From positions 248,001-312,000 of the forward strand of contig BCIN01000011.1 in assembly GCA_039545335.1 (NCBI GenBank): a stretch of DNA of 64,000 nucleotides. Direction: 5' to 3'. Below, piece after piece: positions 1 through 13,158 of the stretch. A model generated the notes under the pieces. That model saw nothing but the letters and a program-made list of their open reading frames with translations, was not told the origin of the DNA and made no database searches. The stretch's first letter is position 1; each line of letters starts with the position of its first letter. The translations under genes and the position numbers were made by a program. This DNA is from Kondoa subrosea. Lineage: Eukaryota.

Positions 1-632
1 TGATAAGGAAAGCAAGACTCAAATGTTGTTGGCTAGTTCTTTCGCAGGTATTGGTTTCGGAAATGCTGGCGTACATCTATGTCACGGAATTAGGTAAGTT
101 TCGATTCCACAGGCAGGGCAATTAAGCTGATGTTAGTGTTGCAGTTATCCTATTAGTGGATTGAACAAGAAGCTGGCCAATTACAAGCATCCCGGATATG
201 TCGTAGATCATCCTATCGTCCCTCATGGTGTTTCTGTTGCTCTGAGTAAGTCTTTTCCGTTTTGATATCTAATGGTCACTTAAATCCTGTCCAGCCGGTC
301 CTGCTGTTTTTGAATTCACTGCTCCATCAGCTCCAGATCGTCACAGAGAAGCAGCAGCCATCTTCAATTCTTTCGAACCGGATACAGTTCAAGACGATCG
401 AATCCCAGATTCCGACATTGGTCAACTCTTGCATGATCGAATCGCGAGATTCTTGGTCGGTGTTGGTGTACCAAGAGGATTGAAATCCATTGGTTATCAA
501 TCGGAAAACATCCCTGATTTAGTAAAAGGTACATTGCCTCAAAGAAGAGTATTGGATTTGGCACCTGGTATGAAGGGAAGTGAAGGTCAGGAAGAGTTGG
601 CTGGTATCATTGAGAGAGCTATGAGCTTCTAA
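1..632 (+). CDS. ADHFE1: Hydroxyacid-oxoacid transhydrogenase / iron-containing alcohol dehydrogenase, 3' part (truncated by window start)
   Basis: Spliced frame reads [70 protein letters not shown]; His metal ligands of the Fe-ADH family; introns ~94-143 and ~246-294. Confidence 0.88.
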
Positions 633-805
633 GTTATCCTTGATAAGAGCGGATATCCGATTCAGAATAGTCCCCTTGTCCGGCGGATGTGTTCTTCTGA
701 TTCTGATTCGATCTCTTCTCTTTCGGTTCTCCGTCTTCTTCTCTTCGTCTCCTCCTCTCCTAGTCAATCAGGTTTCTGCTCTCTATTCTTGCATTTCCCT
801 TCATC

Positions 806-1752
806 ATGTCGAGCTCGTCAATCGATCTTTCTCAATATCACTCTTCGGACGAGATCAATAAGATCCGCTATGCTTTATCGCTACAACATTGCACTTTCAA
901 GTTGTATTACGAGGCAAAAGAATCTCGTCTGGATCCTACAGCTGCTTTACCAGCTGTTCAGATGGGTCAACAGCGCGCGAAGCCTAGAACAGTTCATCTT
1001 GTTCAAGGCGGTGCAGATTGGCAATGGTGTATCTTTGGTCAACCAGGATACGAAGAGGTGAGGAATTCGACTATGTCCAAAGCTAGCATTCTAATACTCT
1101 TCTTCAGGTTAGACTTCACGAAATCCATCAATGCTCAGATTCTGGCTCTTATTTCTTGCTCGTTGTCAACCAATACAATGTCAATGAGCCGTTACTCCTC
1201 GGTCATACGCACTGGGTTCACCATAGGGACAAATCTTCGACCTTGAAAGTCATGAATCATGGTTCAATCTGGGTCGACAGTGCTTGGCAAGGGCATCTAT
1301 GGGTCGATCCGGCTTGTCTTCATCCACGCACTCATATGCCCATCGCATTCTCAGTCGGGACGATCATAATGGATCTTTACCATTTCGCTGCTACTCTAAA
1401 GAATACGCATGTCCATTCAAAGCTTGAAGTGGTGCCTGAAGCCACTGGCAAGTACTTTCCTTGGCAGTACAAAGCTGTTCAAGGCGAGGAAGTCTTAGCG
1501 AGAAACGAAGCTATGAACATGGGATACACTACAACAATGGAAGCGAGTCTTCATCGAGACAACATGCCAACGATTCATCGCGGGCTAGATGAACGTCCCT
1601 GTGAGTGTTCTCGCTTTGGCACCTGAGCGTTGTTCAAAATTTTGAAAGGCGCCCACATGGCTCGAGCAGTATGCTCTGATTGCAAATTCCGACGGGAACA
1701 GGCATACCAGGCAGCATTGTCAAATGGTCTCAAGTATACTCACCGCTCTTAA
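806..1752 (+). CDS. Hypothetical protein (3 exons)
   Basis: ORFs 806.. and 1156.. join in frame via GT-AG introns ~1059-1107 and 1601-1648; ends PCAHMARAVCSDCKFRR..HRS*. Confidence 0.6.
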
Positions 1753-2380
1753 GGCCGTCAACTGAGATTTTGAAACCGGCATTTGTGTATAGACTCTATG
1801 CATCTTTTTTCTGTATGATGGTAAACTCTCTTTGTATTTGTCTGGAAGCTCACATGTTCCTTTTTCTTCTTCTTCTTCTGCTGCCTCTTCTTGTTCTGAC
1901 TGCTTGTAGCTCTACGTGGGGTGGGTGTCATGCAAATCTTCCATTGACCAGCTTATCCTTGGCTTTCTCCTGGCAGCACTCTGCCCGAAGGAAATTAGCT
2001 GTAATATAATCGGTCGAACTTCACTCATTCTGTTTGACTTTTCAAAGCGCTTCTGTGTTTATCACACTGCTCGAGATGCTATCTTCGGTTCCGTGCCTGT
2101 CGACCTAAGATGCAGTGTCGCATCCACCTCGACGCGAGCTGGCGTGATACGGCCTTGGACGGGTTGCGTGTGATGGCAGATTGCCCTGCTATGCCACATA
2201 TTTGTTTACGCAATTATGCAGGCTGACACTGTCAATGATAAGCGCGCCTCAAAAGCTTTAATTCAGGAAATCAATTGAATTTCACTCGCAATTAAACCCA
2301 TGTCTGTACAGAAAAGCGCAAGTCGAAAAGCGAAGCCTACAACTCTCTAGTAACCAAGTCCACTCCCAAATGATACTCCC

Positions 2381-3890
2381 TCAGCACCGCTCTTCCAATT
2401 TTCTTTGGCTTTGCACGATTTTGGGTAAAGACCGTTTAGCATGAGATGATGCCGGAACTGCTCTGTCTGGACATTGACCGGAATCTTTGACCAGATAACC
2501 AGTTTGAGGATCGAACGAACATTCTCCAAGCACTATTTGGGAGTAATCATCAATTTCTAGCAACAGTATTTAGCCTAAAAGCTGTTCAACAGTATGCATA
2601 ACCCACCGAGAAGGTATGGACACAACTCAGGTTGATATGTAGAATAGTCGGTAGCAATAGGATGATCATTCTTGTCTTTATCGGGACAAGCCCATTGAGA
2701 GCGACTTAGAAAGTAGGATCAGCATCAAGAGCACTAGCAACAACGTAGAGCATACGGAGGTGGGTCAATTTCTGTCACCAAAGCTGAAGACTGACAGGCA
2801 TCGTTGTCATCTTCCCGTTCACCTGAAACCAGATTGTAGGAACATCTAGTCCCGGCTGACAAGCGACATCCAATAATGTCACATGCAGCTTGAGCTGTTG
2901 AAGAAAGATAGGTTAGACACCAGTATGCAAGCGCCTGTGCCTATATCTTGCAACCTACAGACGTCATAATCGCAAGCGAGATTGTCGCTATCCTTTCCGG
3001 TCAGGAGCAGACCTTGCTTGGTGATCGGGGGGCAAAAGGCAAATTTCGCTGGATGAGCACCTAGGGGAATAGAGGGCGGACAATGATTTTGAGGTCGCTG
3101 GTCATCGGGGATGAGGAGACCATCCATGGCGCCGTATGAACATAGTCCAGAGCTGCACGCTGGCGGAAGATTTCGTCACCTTGGATTGTGACGTCTAGGA
3201 AGAGCGTACTCACTGCCGTAATAATAGCATCTATTGGTATCGGCCTCAACCAATGCATACTCCGTTCTACCGATTTTCCTCCCATCGAGAGCTACGCTTG
3301 GACAGAGATATGAAGGTAGAGCGCTAGATACATATTTGATTTGAGTGAATGACAGCTGAAAAAGCGCTGGCTCGTACCGTTTGCCGACATCAGCATTTGG
3401 TCTACATTGTTCCGAAGGCGTTGCAGCGAGATCCAAACTTCCAGATGTTTGGCTATATGGGCAGATGGTTGGCGAACAATTGTTATCGGCGCCTGATTCA
3501 AGTAAGTGTGGTCAGAACGTTGTTTTTCGGCGGATGGCAGGCGACTGACATTCTGAATCGGGGTACGAGCAGGTGAACGTACTTTCGCTTGCAGTGTAGT
3601 CGAGCGATTCTAGATTCCTTGTTTCCTCATTGTTTGACAAAGGGCAGACAAAGTTAAGTGTTCTGTATTCTGATGAGCACATCATGTTAACAGAGCAATG
3701 ACGCGACTGACACGCCAGAAGAAGCTCCACCCTGTCTTGCTCTCAGCCTTCTGCTAGGTGGATATCGAAGGGTTGTTGTATTGACTTGGCGACGTCTAAT
3801 CAAATCCACAGTATGATCATTAATATTGGTTCGACCTAATGTTGGCTGAATCGAAAGCGCGACTGCAAGAATTTCAAGAAAGAGCATCAT
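2381..3890 (-). CDS. Secreted cysteine-rich protein with four tandem Cys modules (multi-exon; 3' end uncertain)
   Basis: Signal-like N-terminus MMLFLEILAVALSIQPTLG; spliced exons give repeated CP..CxY..Cx[YF]xxxxGx[LR]..C modules. Confidence 0.7.
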
Positions 3891-4216
3891 GATGATGATA
3901 GGAAAGCAAAGAAAGCGGGAAGTATTGGATGGCCATTATGCGGGAAGACAATAAAGTTAAGATAATATCAAAACAATGATCGACTCCATGGACGCGTGGA
4001 ATGCCCGTGTCGATATTGTTCTCTTGGCCTTTTTGTGGTACTATAGCATTACAGGCATTGTTCCGGTCAGTTGTTGAGAGTATGCGAAATCTTCAAGAGT
4101 AGTGCCAGATCGTTTTGCCAATTTCAAGATACCAGTCTCCATACTGGAATTTAAATTATCCATATACCCGCAATCTTCCTTTCGACGTCGTCTAGATAGA
4201 GTATCTACCTGTTTCG

Positions 4217-5383
4217 TCAAGACTGAGTTTCATCCTTTGCAACTCTGAGCTTCTTGGCCATTCTTGAGCAAAGCTTTCTAGGATTGAATTCTTTCCAGTC
4301 TCGAATTTGGCAAGTTTGAGAGCAATACATTTGCTACATGTTACCATTGAGAGACACACAATACGATGCAATGATCCGAACATACAATATCACAATACGA
4401 ACAGACTTTGAAATCTTTATACGGGTTCTCTTCTTCCTCGTACTCTTCATCACTAGCAAGCTCATCTTCTGGCCCTTCGGGTGTACCAAGAAACTTTTGG
4501 AAGCGACCACAAGTAGTGCACGCATACATAGGTGTTTTCTTCGCTGAAGCTCCTTGATTGCCAGCGAATCGCGGGATTCGCCAAAGAGCTTCAAATCTTT
4601 GTCGAGCAGAAGGTAACTTGACTATCTGTTGAAATTGAGGGCTCTTTGAGCCAAAAGAGCATGCGAGAGCAATCCGAACAACTATGGCTTGTGTTGGCAA
4701 GGTTGGATTGATGTTGGACTGAGTTGTTGTGAAGCGGTGGATCTCTAGGAACGCTGCATCGTCTATAGTCTTCTTGGATTTGCGTAGCAGTAGGACTTTG
4801 TCTACCAGAGTAGGATATCGAGCCATCATGACGGACATGATTCCAAGTCCATTTTCCATATTCATCTTACAGCGAAAATCAGCCGGAAGTTTTACATGCC
4901 AGAAAATCATCAGCCCACTCTAGCATCTTCTTCCTGATAATCTTTAAGGTAGGGAGCCCAAACGACAAGACTTGATATCCACGCATCTAAAGCTTCCACC
5001 CGCATTTGGTGCGAGCAACCCTTGGACATACTAGTATTAAGAAGACAGGTATGATAGAAATACATTGGCTGCATCATCCGATATTCTGAAGGGTCTTCCT
5101 TACTGGAAGCATCTTTGATGGTTGCAAGCAAACGCTCAGGATCTGTAGAAGCAATGTTGCGCCAGATAATTGCTTGAGCGACCATAGTCAATCGTATTTC
5201 TGCTGCTTGCAATACGCCAAACATGATTTGCTTGTATTTGAATGTCTTCATATGCTCCAGGACTTCAGTCGACCTGGATCGCAAGATCTGCACTTCTTTC
5301 TCCGACAGCGTGCCAGTTTCGGGTAAGCTGGCTGTGTACTCGTGTGGATCGAAAGGACAATGAGATACAGTAGAGGCAGACAT
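4217..5383 (-). CDS. MYND-type zinc finger protein (3 exons)
   Basis: C-terminal CTTC..CSYCDIQMYCSQTCQIRDWK..LC after splicing; ATG at 5383 (MSASTVSHCPF). Confidence 0.75.
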
Positions 5384-5804
5384 GTTGAAAGTCAAGTTTT
5401 TGGAAAACAGAGAATGGGTCTTGGTGCGATCAGAACGGCCCTCTTGACAGACTCGTGTACAGGATTCGCAGCGTACGGCGGGCCTCAAGTGTTACAAGGC
5501 TTTCAATAGGCGATTTACCCAGGTCGGAGTCGCTTTTCGAGATGAAGGAAGCAATTTCATAAGCACAAGTGTGAAGTCATTAGCGCAAATCGACACTAGC
5601 TCATACTATCAGTTGCCTCGGCTTTGAGTTTTGAAAGCGAGAATAACATTTGTAATGTCGCAAAATCGACATAATACGAAGTGCTGAGTCGCGTATGCCC
5701 ATGCACCACACCAATTCCTCACTCTCTTGATTACGTGTAGATAAGTAGAATGACAGAAATATGTTGACAGGGTATGTATATGCTTGATGACCGAAGACCA
5801 TGAT

Positions 5805-8045
5805 TCAAGATCGGGGCGATAAAGGAGTAGTAGGTGTTGTAGGACTTGAAGTAGTTTCCACAGCTCCACCTTTTCTCATCCATCTGCAATACTAAAATCA
5901 GCCCATTCCAACCCAGAGGAGAACATTACAAACTCACATTGGTACTTTCTTCTCACTTCCTGCAGCTGGACTTGATACAGCTGGACTAACGCTTCTCGGC
6001 GAAGGAATAGGAATAGCCATTGCTCCACCATCTCTGCTTCCCCATTCATTGAACTTTTTGACATCTTCGACTACGACTGGTACTGTTGGACTAGCAATAT
6101 TGTCCGATTCGATCTGAACTTCAGGTGCACTTGGCGGAGGAGAGGGTGCAAGAGATCTTTGGAAAGAAGTAGCAGGCGAAGAAGGTTTGGTAGAAGGTAA
6201 GTCCATATCACGTGAATCTTCTTCATCCGTTTCCATATCTGGCATATCCGAAGGAGGTGGAGTGATGCTGTTGGCAACGGAAAGAGCAGACATATCATTT
6301 GACAGAGTACCGCTAGGTGCTGGATCCGACGAAGCTCGAACATGCGCTTGCTCCATTTGCTTCTCGATTGCATTTGACTCTTGCTCACTCTTCTGCACGT
6401 GACTTTCTCGCCCAGCTTCCAATTTGCCTTCGGGTATCTCTTGAGGTGTAGAAGGCGATGAATCTGGTGCTTCAACTTGCTCAACTGCAGCTTGTTCTTC
6501 CGTCTCTATTTCCTCATTCCTCTTTTCCTCTCCAAGATCAAGTTGCAACCCTCCTTCTTCTTCCTTCTTCTTCTCCTCTCCTTCTTCTCTCAATCTCTTA
6601 CTCTCATCAACTTCCTTCTTCAAATCCGCCATACTCTTACTACCTTTCACATCATCCTCTTTACTTAATTGTAATCTCGGACCCAAATTCAATTTATCTA
6701 TCTTTCCTCCTCCTCCTCTTCCTGCTCCTCCGTTTATAGGTTTCTTGGTCGAATCTATTCCAACTCCTGGTCGACCTATTCTAGCTTTCGAAAGAATCTT
6801 TTTGGTTGGACTATCTTCTTTTGCAACTCTAGTTGAAGAGATTGGTTTGGAAGAAGTGGTTTTCGCTTTATCACCGGCAGAAGTAGGACTAGACTTTTGG
6901 GACAAAGTAGTTGCTGCTTTTGGTGTTGAAGATTTGCTGGGTGGTTTGGACGATGGTGTGGAAGGTTTCGGAGAAGAGGATGAGATTGTAGCTTTGGGAT
7001 TAGAAGAAATAGCCGATCTGGTTGAAGTAGAAGCAGAAGGTGTAGTAGAAGCTTTTGGGTTCATGCTCGCTCCCGCGTGACCAATTCTTGCTTTAGACAA
7101 AACTTTAGCTGCCGGAGAATCCTTTTCAATCTTTGTCGGCGTTCTCGAACTCGATTTGACGGGCGAAGATGCTTCCTTAGCTGGACTTGCGTTTATTCGG
7201 GATGAAGAAGCAGCTGTAGGTCTAGTAAAAGTTCCACTGCTTTTCGGTTTCTCTGTACTTGAAGTGGGTTTGACTTGAGTTGATTCTTTAGCTCTACTAA
7301 TTGGCTTTCGTAAAGTAGAAGAAGTGTTTGATTCAGAACGGGAAGCTAATCTCCTTGCAGTGGGTGAATCATTCCTCTTAGGTGTTGCTTGACTATCCTT
7401 AGTTCCATTGGAAGTAGCAGAAACAGTGGTCTTGGTGGTCTTTGGTGATGCACCTAATCTACTCTTGGCTAAGAAGCTTGCAGTGGGAGATTTGATATTG
7501 TTTCGTGAAGCAGAAGTTGGCTTCCCGTTATCGGTACTCTCAGAAGCAGCTCTTTTTGGAAATGTATTAGGTGCTACAGGCGTCTTCTTTGGAACAGATT
7601 TAACTGGTGTGGATAGTTTGGCAGGAGCAGACTGAGTAGGAGCATCTTGAGAGACAGGCTTCGTAGCTACCTTCTTAGCCTGCACAGGCTGCTGTTCTTC
7701 CTCTGATACAGGATCAGGTTTACTGTCTGATGCAGCCAGAGAAGGACGCCTTGAAGCTGGTAAAGGTAGAGAAGCGCTCAGATTCGGTGAGCCAGAGAAA
7801 GCTGAGCCCCTTGAGATGGACCGAACGAGAGGAGTAGGTGTAAGTGACGTTTGTGCATCAGAGGCTGCCATCACTTCTGCGTAAGCCCAGGACTGCAGCT
7901 GCGCACCGATGATCTCACCATCCGTGTCAATCTTTGTTTGGAATAGCTTCACCAAATCAGAAGCTCTTCTGCCCCTGTGAGACCTAGTCAGTCTTGTCGA
8001 GCTGCTGACTGATGTGACTTACCGGCTCTCATCTGGCAAAGGCAT
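5805..8045 (-). CDS. Large low-complexity S/T/P/K-rich, probably disordered protein (3 exons)
   Basis: Exon MPLPDESR + GTAAGT intron joins the 673-aa ORF; last intron near 5885-5937 leads to IWMRKGG..SPRS*. Confidence 0.75.
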
Positions 8046-8614
8046 CGCTATTCGAAGGCAAACACGCTCGGACGCGGTTGTCGGGGTCCAACAATGGTTG
8101 CTCTCAGACTGCGATGATGTGCGCTGGATGTTGCCTGATGTTGCTTGTATGTTCTTATCAGTTGTCTTGTTGTGGTCCCAGCTCTCAGTGTCTGCCCTTC
8201 TCTCTGATTTCTTGCACTTTCTGCTTGTTCAGTTCTTCTGTCTGTTGTATATCAGATCTCTTGTGCTGCCGGACTGTGATCTACACTGTCAGACATTCGA
8301 ATGCACTCTGCTGTCCGCAAGTTGCATTATCTGCTCATTACATCCTTAGAATCGATCTGAGAATGATGCTCCTTCATTGCATCTCTTTCGCTATCTAGAA
8401 TCATGAGCAAACCGCTTACATTCTTCCCGACAAGGTGCTGTACTCAGATCTTATACTCTAGTGAACCGCCAGAGAACAGAAAGGTAAGGCGATGCCTCTT
8501 TTTCGCGCAAGAGGAAGATTTTTGGGCCATAATTGCATCACCATATGATAGCATCTATCTATTAGTGTAATGCACGATTTCAGCCGTCATATGCAATGTT
8601 TACTCGCTTCTCGC

Positions 8615-8624
8615 AAAAAATGAC
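8615..8624 (+). promoter_or_regulatory. Candidate motif AAAAAATGAC upstream of DHR1
   Basis: Same 10-mer occurs reversed upstream of RRP5; function inferred only. Confidence 0.25.
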
Positions 8625-8651
8625 CCTGTGCTTTGAATTAGACGTCCATCA

Positions 8652-11600
8652 ATGGGCCAGTAAGTCGCTGTATACCACATGCATACGAATTCAGTATCTC
8701 ATTATATATCAACAGCACTCGACCTCGGTATAATGCCAAAGGCAGAGGAGCAGCACTAACTTCAAAGAAAACCAAATCCAAGACTGCTCAAACACAAGAC
8801 TTTGATTCCAATGCAGCTATCATTGATCCTGATGTACAAGCTAAACGTAGAGCTGAGTTACTTGCTGCCAATAGTGCAGCTTCAGGTGAACAAGAGCAAT
8901 CTCAAGGCAAAATGTCCAAGAAGAAGAAAAAGAGGTTAGATAGCTATATTGAGAAGAAATTGAAGCAAGAGCGGAGGGTTCAATTACTTAAAGAGCTAGG
9001 GTAGGTTTGATTTGGCTATACAGTCTATGCAAAGATTCGCTTACGTAATTAATATGAAATAGTGAAAATCAAGCTGCTTTTACAAACAATCTGGATCTTG
9101 TCTCTTCTGCTACTCTTGGCTCAAAGGATAACCGAACAGCTCAAGAAAAACTAGATCAGAAAGCGAATTTGGCTACGAGGAAAGATCAAAGGTTGAAAGA
9201 TCTAGTACAAAGCAAGACAGCTAAAGGCTATCATTCGGATGAGTCTATTAGTAGTGAAGGCGAAGATGAAGAAAGTTCTGCTAGACCTACTCCACCTCAA
9301 GCTTCTACCAGTACTGTACCTCTCAAGGCTACTTCTACGATCAAAGCGAATCCTTCTGCTCCTGCGGTCGGAAGTGGTCTCAAAAGATCAGCGGATGGTC
9401 AATTACCTGTGCCAATAGTAGTCAAGCGAAGGAAAGTGCGGTCAGCCTGGGGAAAAGTAGACATACCTGTGAGTCCTTTTCACTCAGACTTGTGTATTCA
9501 AGTTCAACAGTCGCTGAACCACAGGAAAACACATACGATATGAACGAAGATGGAGAGATGGAATCTGATTTCGATTCCTCGGATTCTGCTAATGATTCAG
9601 ATGAAGAGGGATCGTTGGACATTCTACGAGAAGCACTGAGGATCAAGGCTGCTCAAGCTGCTGGCTTACAGCCTAGTATACCGAAATTCGCTGTGCAAGG
9701 TGAAGAGGAAGAAGAGGAATGGCATGGAATACAAGACGATGCATCTGCTGAGGAAGATCCAGTTGAGGACCAGCAAACAGCCGACAATGAGATCAACAGT
9801 CAAGAAGTTGAAGAAGACGAAGAGGGATCGGAGAAATCAAGCGAAGAAGAAGAAGAAGAACGCAAGCCGACACGCAAGAAGGGTTCCTTTGCAGCTTGGG
9901 CGCAACAAGAACGAGATCGCTTGGAAGGATTTGACGCGCCTTCTCACTCCAATCTCCTCGAGAATCCTCCCGCTTCTGCCCGAACAGTCAAACCTGCTGC
10001 TGTCAAAACTGCTTTAGCTGAAGGCCCTTTAGGCGAAACCTTTGTCGCACCTAAAGCTTCTCTCGCTCTTCCAGTGGACGGCAAATCACCTAAAACCAAC
10101 AATGTTGTTACTGTCAATCGACCAGAGGAAATTCAAGAAGCTAGATTGAAGCTACCTATTCTAGCAGAAGAAGACAACATCATGCATGCTGTTCGACATC
10201 ACCCTGTTGTTGTATTGTGTGGTGAAACCGGTAGCGGTAAAACGACTCAAGTACCTCAGTTCCTTTACGAAGCCGGCTTTGCTTCATCTGACGAAAATCC
10301 AGGGATGATTGGAATTACTCAACCTAGAAGAGTTGCAGCTCTTTCAATGGCTAAAAGAGTAGCTCAAGAATTAGCTCTTTCGCCTGTGAATTCGACTGTA
10401 GCTCATCAAATTCGTTACGATGTCACTACCTCTGCTTCAACCAAAATCAAATTCATGACTGATGGTGTTCTACTAAGAGAAATGGCTGGTGATTTCCTAT
10501 TGAGCAAGTATAGCGTTCTATGTGTGGATGAAGCACATGAACGTTCAGTCAATACCGATGTTCTGCTTGGTGTATTGAGTAGAGTGGTAAAACTGCGAGA
10601 AGAGATGTGGAGAAAGAAGGAGGGCAATACCAAAGTGAGTCGTCGTCTAAATACTGTAGCAACTTAAGCACCGAACTAATGTGTGCGTGTTCTTTACAGC
10701 CTTTGAGATTGATCATCATGTCCGCTACTCTTCGGCTTACCGATTTCTTATCCAATACTACTCTCTTTCCAACCAAACCACAAGTTATCAATGTCACAGC
10801 GCGTCAATTCCCGGTTACAATTCATTTTGCCCGGAAAACCAAGTCAGATTACTTAGCAGAAGCTTACAAGAAAGTCAGCAAGATTCATGCTCGCCTGCCC
10901 GCTGGAGGAGTTCTTGTCTTCTTAACCGGTCAAAGTGAGATTCAGAGTCTGTGTAGAAAACTCAACAAACGATGGGGACCGAAAGCCATTCAAGATCGAA
11001 AGAGAGCAAGAGACAACATGTTCCGATCAACCAGACCTTTCGAAGTCAGAGAGGATGACGAAGAAAACTCTCAGAACACTACATCTGCAGCGATTGGCAG
11101 AGATCTAGAAGCAGAGGAAGTTGAATTGGGCGAAAGTCGTGATTTGGCACTGGATGTTGATGATGGTTTAGATCTGGACGCTGCAGATCAAGATGTCGAC
11201 GCATTAGATAGTAGTGATGATGAAGGGAGCGAGACAGCCGAAGGCGAGATGGAGGAAGAGGAAAGTGATGGTCCGTTTCCAGTCTCAGTCGTTCGTTAGT
11301 CCGTATGCTAACATCCGGACATTCATTCAGCTCCCCTTCATATCCTCCCTCTGTACTCTTTGCTTCCGACCGAGAAGCAAATGCGCGTCTTCGAAGCTGT
11401 TCCAGAAGGCGCTCGGCTTGTAGTAGTCTCAACAAACGTTGCAGAAACCTCTCTTACTATACCAGGCATCAAATATGTTGTAGATTGTGGAAGGGCAAAG
11501 GAGGTCAGTTATTCGCGGTTTCTGACTAAAAAAGTCTGATTTCGCCGAGTGCTGGACAGCGCAAGCACAATCTCTCTACTGGCATGCAGTCTTTCGAAGT

Positions 11601-13158
11601 TTCTTGGATATCAAAAGCTTCGGCATCTCAGAGATCTGGACGAGCTGGTCGTATTGGGCCAGGCCATTGCTATCGACTCTACTCTTCAGCTGTATACCAA
11701 CAATACCTCGACGATCATACAACACCTGAAATTCTGCGGATGCCTATAGAAAGTATGGTCCTGCAAATGAAGAGCATGAATATTGACAGCGTTTCCAACT
11801 TTCCTTTCCCCACTCCTCCAGATCGTGATGGTCTACTCAAAGCTGAACGTGTTCTTACCAACCTTGGCGCTCTGACTCCCTCCCCTTCAAACAAACCTCA
11901 AGAAGGTCAGATCACTGATTTGGGCAGAGCAATGAGTTTGTTCCCTTTGCCGCCAAGGTTCTCAAAGATGCTCGTTACGGGTCAGCAACATGGTTGTCTG
12001 CCTTATGTAATCGTAGTCGTCTGCGCGCTATCCGTTGGTGATCCTTTCTTACGCGAAGAAGTCATCGGACTAGGCGAAGCAGGAGAGGATCAAGAGGAAG
12101 AAGATGATGATTCTTGGAAAACCGAAGCAGTCATGACTTCAGCTGAGATTGCAAACATCAAGAATCCAGATCAAAGAGCTAAAGAGATTCGAAAGATAAA
12201 GAGGAGGATGTTCTATCAGTCGCAACAGGTAAGCAATTTCTAACGTTTCCATTTGCGCATCGCTGATGGGATGTCATCAGCGTCACACAAGTCTAGGAGG
12301 TGGAGCGAGCGATGTATTCAAGATTCTGAGCGCCGTTGGTGCATACGAATACGAAACGGACAAGCTTGCCTTCTGCGAAAAGAACTTCCTTCGAGTCAAA
12401 GCAATGCAAGAGATTCATCAATTACGAGCTCAGATCAGTCAAATCGTGCAAGCCAATTATCCTGGTCTGGATGCAGGCTTTGTACCAAATTTGCCTCCTC
12501 CCTCCACTCTTCAGGTCAGTGGGTGTGCGACTATAAGCGATTACTTGCTTATCTTTGGTACGATACTGACAGCTCAAAGTACTGCGCCAACTCATAGCGG
12601 CTTCTTTCATTGATCAAGTGGCTGTCCGAAAAGATCTACTTGAGGGTGGTCGAGCAAAAGTGCAATCTGCTGGCGCTGTTCCATATCGAGCCTATGGTAT
12701 TGCTGAAGATGTCTTCATTCACCCTTCGTCTACTCTACATACTGCTTCACCACCAGATTGCGTTTGCTTCCAGGAAGTGCAAAAGACTACCAAGCCATGG
12801 TTGAAAGGTATGCTCAAGCTCAATTGACACCTATTATCATCCAACAGTGCGCATCTTTTGACTCTAGGCGTGACCAAAATTTCTACAAGCTGGCTATCTA
12901 CACTGGGTCGACCTCTGTGCAGCTTCTCTAAAGTACTCGAAACGCCAGACAAGATGATCAAATCTGTTGCTGGAACTGATTCAAATACAAGAGAAGTGTT
13001 TGTGACGCCCAAGTTTGCAGGGTTTGCTGAACTCGATCTTCCACCTATCAAAGCTATGCAGAAGCGAGTTGGTAGCAGGTGAGACATTGTTTTTTCGCTC
13101 CAAATGATGTTTGCTCATTTGCTTGGGATTTGCTTGGGATAGATGGGTTTTCGTTTAA
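8652..13158 (+). CDS. ECM16: DEAH-box RNA helicase Dhr1/DHX37 (SSU processome)
   Basis: N-terminal RPRYNAKGR and [75 protein letters not shown] motifs. Confidence 0.93.

Noticed and set aside
6187..7635. Plus-strand ORFs opposite the low-complexity gene (and similar antisense ORFs at 47965-49293)
   Set aside because: Antisense shadows of long biased coding exons
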